NCBI RefSeq assembly: GCF_963921235.1 | Contig: NC_086097.1 | Location: 159,032,001-159,096,000 of the forward strand | Source of the DNA: Mobula hypostoma | Lineage: Eukaryota | Direction: 5' to 3' | DNA: 64,000 nucleotides | Part shown: positions 22,527 through 33,643 of the stretch, piece after piece | How positions within the stretch are numbered: position 1 is the first letter of the stretch | Layout: each line of letters opens with the position of its first letter | The notes under the pieces: generated by a model | Seen by the model: only the letters and a program-made list of their open reading frames with translations | What the model was told of the DNA's origin: nothing | Database searches by the model: none | Translations under genes and position numbers: made by a program

Positions 22527-24371
22527 GTAAATCATAAATTGTCATTACATACTGTCAGTGCACCAGCAATTTTTGCGCTCTGGAATTTGATTGTGAAGGG
22601 GCTACTAATTAAAAGCAGTACTGGGGAACCAGGCTCAAAATGTACATAATAAATAAACATGCTTTTAATCTCAGTCTGTAACATTTCAGCACTCACAAGA
22701 TGGCCACATAGTTAAGAGTTAAAAACCACAATGATGTATTAGAATATCTAATATAGATTACTCATATGCTCACTTGTATGGTCACAATTAAATTAGATGA
22801 CTGATTTGATTAAGAAAGAGAAAGCTAATTCAACAGCAGTTTATCATCTTTCTCTCTGTTACCTTAGCCTGTGTTTTAATTTTAAATAACTTTCTGCATA
22901 TCCATAAATTCTTAGTTCTAGGATTTCTGACCCCATGTTAACCGTGAAAGATTTAGAGAATTTAATTTTGGTTTTAAACCTATGTGTGAAATATGGTCAG
23001 AGACAGTTCAGAGGTAAATAACTGAAGGTCTTCATGCAAATGAAAATGAAGAGCAGCCTTGTTCAAAGGTTAAGTCAAAAAATAAATGAAAACATTATGC
23101 TTTTTTTTTGATTTATGGCCCTACTGCATAATTTTAAATATTTTGACTTAGTGGTGCAAATCTTGGCGCAAACCACTTATTTGTACAACCACAAGTAAAC
23201 AATAGCAACTCTTCACAGTGTGCACCCAACTGCAAATAGAAGCTGTTTCTGTTCTTCAGATAACAGATAACTTCACCTTGCCAGGTCGAGCTATGTAAAA
23301 AATCCTCGAGAGATAAAAAAAAATGAGTAGTTTTTAAAGGTAGGGACTCAAGTAGCCACAGACATAACTGAGCGCCTATGCAGAATTAGATCTGTATATC
23401 GCCCATGCTAGAAGTTATACTGCAAGCTTAAAGCTTTGTCATATCAGGACTTTTGAAATTGATAGATAATTGAAGGGAAGTAATTTGCAGGACACATGGA
23501 GGAAGCAGGTGGCCAGGATTAACTGCTTTATTCTACAGAGAGTTAGTATATACACGCAGAGCTGGATGATGTTCTTACCTACTGTAACATTTCAATGATT
23601 TTTGTTGCTGTTCTTCCAGTTTCTGTACTCTTTTCTCTTTTCTGTTCCCATTTGCCTGTTCCATTTTCATGCACTGTAATCTCTATCTGCTTTCTATCTG
23701 CCCGAGTGAGTTGCAGTAGCTTTATGGTAATCTGTTCTAAATTCTAATAAGGCTCTTCAAATCTATACAATGCAACGACCCCAACCCCACCCAACATACC
23801 TTACCAATGCTAAGCTTTATTTCCAATGTACCCATTTCTAGGAATTTCATTATTTTCCTTGTACGTTACTTGCTTCAAATAGATTCCTTTTAACCTCCCT
23901 CACCATTGATCTATTCAATTCAATTCTATGCTAAAGAAATTCCTGTACAGCATTGCAACTTGTTTATATTTCCATTTGTTTTATCCAAATAAAAGATCTC
24001 TGATTTTAGCCCTTTGGGATTAGAATTGTTCCACACATAACAGTTAATAGCTGACAACTGTAAACTAGCAATAAACAGACATGTTAACTTGACAATTCTA
24101 TTCAACTGATAACATCATAAAAGTTGTGTAGTTGGTTTATATACAAAACAGCAGCAAAGGATATCAGGGTCCATAGAATTTTCACAAGTACTGTGTATAG
24201 AAGAAACTTCAGGATAAAGCTACAGGGTTTTAGAACATAAGGCCATAACATATTGGAGCAGAATTTGGCCATTTGGCCCATCGAGCCTGCTGTGCCATTC
24301 CACCATGGCTGATAATTTCCCCTCTCAACCCCATTCTCCCGCCTTCTCCCTGTAATCTTTGACACCTTTAC

Positions 24372-24517
24372 CAGACACACCAGACAACCCACCTCTCCTG
24401 GAAGTTCCAGGAGTCTCCCGCATATTAATAGTGGCTCCCTGATGCCCGCAAATTATATAAAATGACACGGAAATTAATTTTTTTGAGAGAGATAGTGAGC
24501 GAGCACGAGAGAGACCA

Positions 24518-24555
<38 letters not shown>

Positions 24556-25036
24556 TGTGAGCGATCACGAGAGTGAGAGAGAGCGAGTGTGAGAGCGACC
24601 ACAAGAGAGAGAGAGCGAGCGCGAGAGAGACTACGAGAGCGAGAGAGCGAGCACAAGAGCGGCCACGAGAGAGAGCACGCGCCATGGCAGAGTGTTCCAA
24701 AAATAGAAAATATAAAATGTATATCACACCAGACTACCCTAAAGTGTACCCCTGCCTAATAGGGGTCAAAAATAATGACAGTGTTGCTCGCTGCACTGTT
24801 TGCAACAGTGACTTTCCTATTGCCCATGGTGGGTTAAGACTGTAAAAGACATGTTGAGGTGAGTTTAACAGGTGTCATTCGTTCATTAACATAGCTAACA
24901 TTATGTAAACTAGCTGGCTATCTGCTAAGGAGCTACTCTATTGCAGACATCCCACCTCTCCCGGAAGTTCCGGGAGTCTCCCGCAAATTGATGGTGCTAC
25001 CTCCCTGAAATGAGTTTTTGCAGGGTGGGATGTCTG
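24372..25036 (+). mobile_element. hAT-type MITE carrying a transposase N-terminal zinc-finger exon remnant and a GA-rich microsatellite
   Basis: TIRs CAGACAACCCACC / GGTGGGATGTCTG with CCTTTAC on both flanks. MAECSK…ARCTVCNSDFPIAHGG…KRHVE followed by a GTGAGT donor. Confidence 0.7.
24484..24680. repeat. Degenerate (GA)n/(GAGC)n microsatellite
   Basis: Directly visible in the sequence. Confidence 0.9.
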
Positions 25037-25225
25037 CCTTTACTAATCAAGAACCTATCAACCACCACTCTGATGAACCTCAAGGTTCTGTGGTTAGTTC
25101 ACTGCTCTACTCTCTCTGCCCCCATGACTGTGTGGGCAGGCACAGCTCAAATGTTATCAATAAATTTGCTGATGATGCAACTGTTGTTGGCAGAATTTCA
25201 GACGGTGATGAGAATGTGTACAGGA

Positions 25226-28200
25226 AACTGAAACCAAATTCTTAATGTATGTTTAATAATGGGAGTAAAGTCTTGTCAACTAATCTTAGAAAACAAAAAG
25301 GAAAGAGGAGCTCCCAGTAAAGAGGCCAAAGAGAACCCCTTCACCAAGTTTTTCTCCAAATCCAACCATGAAGGACATTTATGTATGTCTGAGTAATGAA
25401 TCCAAAAAGTAATATATCGAATATTAATTGCCCAATAATACATTCTAAATTTTGGCAAAGCCATACCACCATCCTTTTTTAATTTCTGTAATAAAGGTTT
25501 ACTCAATCTCGGATTTTTATTATTCCAAATATAAGATAAGATTATAGAATCTATTCTATTAAAAAGCGTTTTATGAACAAAGGTTGGAACTGCCTGAAAT
25601 GTATATAAGAATTTTGGTAGAACTATCATTTTAATAGCATTAATTCGACCTATTAATGATAAAGTCATATGTGACCATTTAGAAAGCATTTGTTGGGTGT
25701 AATCAATTAATGGGAGAAAATTATATTTATACAGGTCCTTAAAATTTTTAGTAATTTTAATACCAAGATAAGTAAAGTAATTTTTAGCAATACTAAAAGG
25801 TACTTGATGATATCGATCCGAGTAATTATTAATGGGAAATAACTCACTTTTATATAAACTTAATTTATATCCAGAGAAACTACTGAATTCAGAAAATATA
25901 GATAGCATAAAAGGAATAGATATCCTAGGATCTGAAATATAAATTAACAGGTCATCTGCATACAATGAAAACTTGTGTACTTTGTCCCATCTCTTAATAC
26001 CCTGAATAGTATTGGAATCTCTAAGAGCAATAGCAAGGGGTTCTAAAGCCAAGTTAAATAATAAAGGGCTAAGACGACAACCCTGCTGAGTACCTCTGTA
26101 TAATCTAAATTTAAGGAGATTTTTGATTATTAGTTATAACCGCAGCCATAGGAGCTTGATAGATCAATTTGATCCAGGAAATAAATCCCGGACCAAAATT
26201 AAATCTTTCCAAAACCTCAAATAAGTAAAACCACTCCACCCTATCAAAAGCTTTCTCCGCATCAAAATAAACAACACATTCAGATTCTTTAGATGGAGAG
26301 GAGTGATAATGTTTAATAATCTTGGAATGTTAAAATGTGAATGCCTATTTTTAATAAATCCAGTTTCATCGTTGGAAATAACACTAGGTAAGATACTCTC
26401 AAGTCTATTAGCCAAAATCTTAGAAAGAATTTTGAAATCCACATTCAGTAAAGAGAATAGTCTATAGGAAGCACATTCAGATAAATCTTTTTCTTTTTTA
26501 AGAATAGTGGGATTGATGCCTCATAAAAAGTTTTCAGGAGATTCCCAGAGGATATAGAATCAGTGAAAATTTGACATAAATAAGGTGTAAGTATTTCAGT
26601 GAAGTCTAATAAAATTCCACTGTATATCCATCCGGTCCCGGAGCCTTACCTGGTTGGGAAGAGGACATAGCCCTTACTATTTCCTCTTAGTCAATAGGTG
26701 CATCTAATGTGTTCATAACTTGGATAGAAATTTTAGGTATATTCAATTTTTGCAAAAATCTATTCATAAAAGTAATATTGTCTGAAAATTCAGATTTATA
26801 ATGGTTAGAGTAGAAATCCATAAATACCTTATTAATTTCATAAGGATCTACTGTTTTGGTTCTATCAGGTCTTCGAATTTTCAGGATCTGTCTTCTAGCC
26901 TTAGTAGCTTAAACATACTTTAAGAATTTGGTTTCAGTTTTGTAGATTTTTTGAGTTAAGTAATTTTGTTCTTTCTAGTAATATCCATTTTAATTATTTT
27001 TTTAAACCATCAATTTTGGATAAGACCTTTTTAATTTGGAAAACCAAGCTAATAACAAGTTTTTCAGATTTGTTTTAACGGGACTGTTTAATGTATTTTT
27101 CTCAGTTAGTGGATAAATATGGTTTACCTAATGTACATTTCTTTAGATATTAACAAATTAGGATTTTTTTACATGGTTTGCTGCCAAATTACCCTTCTGC
27201 TTATCCACCTAATATGACAGATGCTCTTTTTCAGCTTAAACCACTTCAAAAAGGGTTGATAGCTATAATTTATAAACAGATATTGAATTTATGAATGATA
27301 TCTAACGATAAAATTAAATGTGCTTGGGAATTGGAAGTTCAAGAGTCATTTTCAGATAATCAATGGAGGAAAATTTTTCATTTGGTTAATAACTCATCTA
27401 TTTGTGCCAGTCATTCCTTGGTAAAGTTCAAGGTAGTGCATCGGGCCCGTATGTCAAAGGATAAACCAGCACGTATTTTTTCCAACATCAATCCTATTTG
27501 TGACAGATGTAATCTGTGAGGTGAGGTGGCCACTTTAACTCATATGTTTTGGCCTTGTATAAAGCTAGACAATTTTTGGAGAAACGTTTTTAAAACATTT
27601 TCAAAAGTCTTGGATCTGGACCTACAACCTAATTCACTTACGTTAATATTTGGGATTACCCCATCGAAACCAGGAAATATTCCTGTTTCTGCTCAACATA
27701 TGATAGCCTTTTCAACTTTATTGGCTAGGAGAGCCATTTTACTGAAGTGGAAGGATTCTAATCCATCTACGGTCTTTTATTGGCTTTCCTCCATTATGTC
27801 CTGTTTAAGTTTAGAGAAAATAAGAAGTTGGACATTTGATACATCCTTTAAATTTGAGCAAATCTGGCAACCTTTTGTTCAATATTTTCATTTGATTTGA
27901 TTTATTACCTTTCAATTTTTTTTTTCAAAGTTTTAGATTTGATCAGAAAGTCTTTCAATTTTTTTAATTGTTACCTCAGAATGGATTGCCCAGTCCCTTT
28001 TTTTTGTATAGTGTAGGGGGTTTTTATTCATTTAAAATTCAAAGTTTTTTCTTTCCTCTTCATGAACTGATAAGAGGAGAATTAGCTGTTTTCTTTTTTA
28101 TTATATGTTATATATTACATACTAGTTTAACACTATGTTTGATTTTGATAATGGCTATTTCAATCTCTGTATTGTTGTCGATATATATATTTGAGATAAT

Positions 28201-28257
28201 TCTCCTCTTGTTTGTATTTATGTTCCTTCTAAATCAATAAAAAGATTAATAAAGAAA
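25226..28257 (+). mobile_element. L1-clade LINE, 5'-truncated with a 5' inversion (25226-~26910 minus; ~26911-28257 plus), decayed
   Basis: Minus part: L1 RT motifs (DFKILSKILANRL, GTQQGCRLSP, SLYADDLL, GRINAIKM). Plus part ends in CDRC…HMFWPC zinc knuckle, then AATAAA and an A-rich tail. GAGAA(T/G)GT(G/A)TACAGGA at 25210-25225 and 28258-28273. Confidence 0.85.
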
Positions 28258-28273
28258 GAGAAGGTATACAGGA

Positions 28274-29072
28274 GTGTGATAGATCAGCTGGTTGAGTGGT
28301 ATTGCAGCAACAACTTTGCCCTCAACATCATTAAGACCAAAGGGTTGTGACTTTAGAAAGAGTAAGACGAGGGCACACATAGCAGTCCTCATTAAGGGAT
28401 CACTGGTGGAAAGAGTGAGCAATTTCAAGTTCCCGGCTGTCAGATCGCTGAGGATTGAACCTGGCCCAGCATATTGAAGAAGTTACAAAGAAGGCACAAC
28501 AGCAGCTATAAGTCATTGGGAGTTTGAGGAGATTTGGTATGTCACCAAAGACACTTACAAATTTCTACAGATGTACTATGGAGTACATTGTAACTGGCTG
28601 CATCATCATCTGTTGTGGGGGTGGAGGGTGGTCACGGCATAGGATTGAAATAAGCTGCAGAAAGTTCTGAACTTTCAGCTCCATCATGGACACTAGCCTT
28701 CGAAGCATCCAAGCCATATTCAAGGAAGGATGACTCAAAAAGGTGGCATCCATCATTAAGAACGCCCATCACCCAGGATGTGCCCCCTTCTCATTGCTAT
28801 CATAAGGTTGAAGATACAGGAGCCTGAAGGCTCACACTCAACAACTTAGGAACAGCTTCTTCCCCTCTGCCATCAGATGTCTAAATGAACATTGAACCCA
28901 TGAACATTTCCTCACCACTTTTTTCTCTTTTTATTTAATTTAACTATATCTACTTCCTGTAATTTACAGGTTTTTTATAAATATTATGCATTGATATGTA
29001 CTGCTGCTGCATAACAAATAATTTCACAACATGTGCCAGTGATATTAAATCTGATTCTGATTCCGAATCTGA
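28274..29072 (+). mobile_element. Rex1/Babar-like LINE (host of the L1; 5' part at 25075-25225)
   Basis: KFADDATVVGRISDGDE before the L1; downstream RT C-terminus and (GATTCT)n tail. Confidence 0.75.
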
Positions 29073-29162
29073 AATACACCCAATGGCTTGGCCTCTACAG
29101 CTGTCTGTGCCAATGAACTCCACAGATTCAATTCCATTTGATTAAATCACCTCTTTCTAAAG

Positions 29163-29242
29163 CAGAGGTTCCCAACATTTTTTATACCATGGAGCCTTAC
29201 CATTAACTGAGGGGTCCACGGACCCCAGGCTGGGAATCCCTG
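29163..29242. mobile_element. Small Charlie-type hAT MITE
   Basis: CAGAGGTTCCCAAC…GCTGGGAATCCCTG flanked by (T/G)TCTAAAG. Confidence 0.75.
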
Positions 29243-29871
29243 GTCTAAAGGAACTTCCTTATCTTCTGAGGCTGTGTCCTCTAGTCCTAGACTCCCCCAC
29301 AATAGAAAACATTCTCCACACATTCTTTTAATTCTATTAATTACTTCTCACCTATCAATATATAAAAATAATTAGATTATGAGACTCGACCTTGACAGCA
29401 ATAGATTATGTCCAGCTGAAGGATTTAATCTTTGACATTACCCTGAAGAGGACCCACTTATATCCAGTTCTGTTCTGCATACAGATGATCATGCATTAAT
29501 GAATAAAATATGAATTCATGTGTTCTCATATCAACTCCTTGTGCTATGATGCAGGTTATATTTTTACTATCTAGCACATTAAGAAGACAAATATCCATTA
29601 GTAACTCAGCTAGGTTCACTTTCGGAAAATAATTTGATGTTTTATAGTAAGCATGTTTTAATTACAATTCTGCACTATTACACTTTCACAAGGTTATAAG
29701 ACAGAAACCATCTTCACACTGTAGACAGAATATTTTCATAATAAGAATTCCTTTTAATAAAACGGAGTACAGTAATTCTAGTTTAAAGTTGTGTTGCTTA
29801 GGAAATAATTTGATTTTGGGATTCTTACTAACCTGTAATTCTGAAGGTTTAGTGAACCTAAAGAGATGCAG

Positions 29872-29961
29872 GAAGGGTCTCGGCCCGAAACGTCAACTGT
29901 ACCTCTTCCTATAGATGCTGCCTGGCCTGCTGCGTTCACCAGCAATTTTTATGTGTGTTGC
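29872..29961 (+). mobile_element. Very short PLE pLTR insertion (truncated HHR) with 9-bp TSD
   Basis: GAAGGGTCTCGGCCCGAAACGTCAACT…; TGCAGGAAG at 29867-29875 and 29959-29967. Confidence 0.85.
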
Positions 29962-30559
29962 AGGAAGTATTAATTTGATTGCTTGCTGAGAAGCATGGGC
30001 TTAAAGATTCAATGACTTAAAGAAGTCTGGATCTAAAGCTCATCTTAAAAGTGCACTTTCATTAAGTACTGACTTATAAACTGATAATGAAATGGAGAAA
30101 GAAAAAAAGATGCTTTAGATTTGTCGTCATACTTGAAGCATCGAAATTTTGATATTAAAATGAATGAGCAAAATACTACAGATGCTGAAAATCTGAAATA
30201 AAATAGAAAATGTTGGAAATACACAAAAGGTCAGGCAGCATCTGTGGATAAAGAAGCAGAGCTACATTTCCAGATCAATGATTTTAACTTAATTTAATTT
30301 AGATATACAACACAGTAACAGGCCTTTCCAGTCCAACAAGTCCCCGCCACCCAATTACACCCATATGGACTGCAGAGGAAACCGGAGCACCCAGGTGAAA
30401 CCCAAGCATTCACTGATTCAATATCAGAACTAATCACTGTTTCCTGTTTTGTTTATTAAAGAGGAAATTTTCATTAATATGGAAATGTTAAAATCCATAA
30501 ATGGTTCAGCAAATGAAAAGTTTAACAATATATAATAAATCAGTTTACCAATGTAGTTA

Positions 30560-30734
30560 ACAACAGGAATTCTGCAGATGCTGGAAATTCAAGCAACACG
30601 CATCAAAGTTGCTGGTGAACGCAGCAGGCCAGGCAGCATCTCTTGGAAGAGGTCTTGGCCTGAAACGTCGACTGTCCCTCTTCCTAGAGATGCTTCCTGG
30701 CCTGCTGCGTTCACCAACAACTTTGATGCATGTT
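30560..30734. mobile_element. PLE pLTR insertion with an inverted segment (hairpin) and ~15-bp TSD
   Basis: Minus-strand pLTR piece at 30560-~30650 joined to a plus-strand piece at ~30650-30734. TTACCAAT(G/A)TAGTTA at 30545-30559 and 30733-30747. Confidence 0.85.
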
Positions 30735-32497
30735 ACCAATATAGTTATAACATTAGCAAATAATTAATGCATTCCATTGTCCCCAAATCATTGTGAGCTA
30801 AGCAAGCAAGGTAAACATTAGTGACATTTGTTGTAAGGTAATTATGGGGCACAGTAATTACACTCCTTCACATAATGTGCTTAGGATATCTTAGGGATCA
30901 TTGATTTAGCATTGATTCAGCAATACACTGGTCCTCAGTTCTGCATTAAGTTTACAGGCTGTGTCATCACCAAGCTGGGACTGAAGCATGATCATCTTAT
31001 TAAGACCAAGCTAATTGCACATGAGCAGCATTATGTTCATCACAACTCTATCTTGAGGCTTTTGCCTTCTGCAGAACATCCCACCAACACAGTGAACATG
31101 CAGTTGTTGTTATGGTTGGCAAATTAATTTTCATTCCCAGTTAAAAAAAAATTGCCATTCTGGCAAAGTGGTAGAATAATGTTGAAAATGAAGTTATTCA
31201 TCTAACTTTTGATATTGAGATGCTGAAGGCCATAATTCATGGGCATTGCTGGAAAATTAATGATTATTTCCTTGAAGAGGAATGATTCATAGAGTGGTGG
31301 AAGCATCCCCAAAGAGTGTTACAAAAATAATGAGAAACTAAATTTCAATATATCTGTCCATAGTGTCCATGATTTTAATCAATTGATAATGTGATTCCAC
31401 TTGTTATTTTAACAGATTAATTAACTCAGCTATTTTAATATCTTCATTGTTAAGCAGAAATATTTTATAAACCTTCTAAGCATTCACTTAACATCTTGAT
31501 AGTACTTTCTTAGAAGTGCTAGTTCAGGAGCGGGTATTTTAAAATAATTATTACAAGCTGCATTACTGTGTTCCATTCATGGGTTTTAATTGTTTTGAAA
31601 TATTGGTATTTTTTGATATAAAGTGAAACAATTCAAGTGAAAGCATCAACTTTTGGTTTCTATAATCAACTAGAAATAAATTAGCGTGAGCAATAAATAA
31701 TAACACACACATTCAAAATCATTCTCTACCACCCACACATCTACTAAGCTAGGCTTCAATACAGAGCCACCCCCTCATCCCCTAAACCTCAGGTTACTCA
31801 CTCACTTCACTGACCTGCTTTTTCTTTTACTTGCCTAAATGCATTTGATTAATAATCTCTGCACAATACCAACATTTGTAAACCGTATTCTTAAAGATAA
31901 ATGCGTGGATAACACAAAATATATTGCAAACCTAAACTTTATTGGTATTTTAAAGAATAAGTAAATTTTTGTGATGTTTTAGATATTATCAATTAAAAAA
32001 ACAAATATTCAAGGACTATATGCAAATGAAATGAAATGAAATATCAGTGCAGTGACAGAGCCATAGTTGTTATGCTGGCTTCCACTTCAAAAAAACACCT
32101 GACTTATTTCTGGTATGGTAAAATATACTTGGTGACCCTCTCTACCTAATAAAGTGGCCACCAAGCCTAGTTTGTGTTCTTCTGCTGTTGTAGCCCATCC
32201 ACTTCAAGGTTTGATATGTTATGCATTCAGAGATGCTCTCCTACACACCGCTATTGTAATGCATGGTTATTTGAACTACTGTCGCCTTCCTGCTGGCTAA
32301 AACCAGTCTGGCCATTCTCATTAACAAGGTGTATTTGCCGACAGAGTGCTGCTCACTGAATGTTCTTTGTTTCTCGCACCATTCTTGGTAAACTCGAGAG
32401 ACTCTTGTGTGAGAAAATCCCAGGAGATCAGCAGTTTCTGAGATACCCAAACCACTCTGTCTGGCACCAAATAACATTCCATGGTTAAAGTTACTTA

Positions 32498-33643
32498 TGA
32501 GGGGTGATTGATAAGTTCATAGCCTAAGGTAGAAGGAGTCAATCTTAGAAAACCTAGCACATTTATTTTTCAACATAGTCCCCTCCTGCATTTAGATTAG
32601 ATTAGATTAGATTATGAGGACACACAGTCCTCTTTTATTGTCATTTACTAATGCATGCATTAAGAAATGATACAATATTCCTCCGGTGTGATATCACAGA
32701 AACACAGGACAAACCAAGACTGAAAAACTGACAAAAACCACTTAAGTATAACATATAGTTACAACAGTGCAAGCAGTACCATAACTTGACGAAGAACAGG
32801 CTATGGGCACAGTAAAAAAAAAAGTTCAAAGTCTCTCGAAAGTCCCACATCTTATGCAGACGGGAAAACTCTCCCTGCCATGCCTGTCCACAGTCCGACT
32901 CTGAGTCGTCCGAAAATTTCGAGCCTCTGACCAGCCCTCTGACACCGAGCACCCTCTCTGCAGAGCACTTCAACCCCAGCTCTGGCTGCCAGCAGCAGGC
33001 AAAGCCGAGGATTTTGGGGCCTTCCCTCCAGAGATTCTCAATCGCACAGTCGCAGCGGCAGCGAACCGGGCATTTCAGAAATTACTTCAGATGTTCCTCC
33101 GTGCTTCTCACGACTGTCTCCACCAAATCAGAATTGTGCACAGTACCCTATTTAACAAATACGATATCGTTTCACCTGAGAGCTGTGCGCGCTGTGTCGC
33201 GTCGCCATCTTCTCCTCCCGCCTAACTTAGTCCAGCAGTCGTGGAGCACACGGATCCCTTCTTTGTAGAAGTCAGCGTCTTGGACCTCCAGAAAGTGTTT
33301 CACAGCAGGGGTGATTGATAAGTTTGTGGCCTAAGGTAGAAGGAGATGAGTTATACAGCTCTTGTTACATGCACGTGCAGTTCAACTCTGAGTGATTATG
33401 CAGAAAGTTTGAAGTTAATAGCCCATCTCCTTCTACCTTAGGCTATGAACTTATCAATCACCCCTGCTGTGGACCACCTCTGGAGGTCCAAGATGCCAAC
33501 TTCTACAAAAAAGGGATCCGTATGCTCCACGACCGCAGAACTTAGTGTGTAAATGTAGGAGGGGACTGTGTTGAAAAATAAATGTGCTAGATTTTCTAAA
33601 ATTGACTCCTACCTTAGGCCAAGAACTTATAAATCACCCCTCG
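32498..33643. mobile_element. Palindromic mariner-derived MITE with TA TSD
   Basis: Four copies of the GGGGTGATTGATAAGTT TIR. Arms carry the mariner C-terminus FYKKGIRMLHDR..CVNVGGDCVEK*. Confidence 0.8.
32592..33224 (-). mobile_element. Same non-autonomous family, minus strand, nested in a mariner MITE
   Basis: (TAGAT)n at the left end and CGCCATCTTCTCCTCCCG at the right end. Confidence 0.85.

Noticed and set aside
23277..23304. 28-nt minus-strand micro-exon
   Set aside because: Splice-like signals only, with a weak donor and no supporting context; expected by chance.
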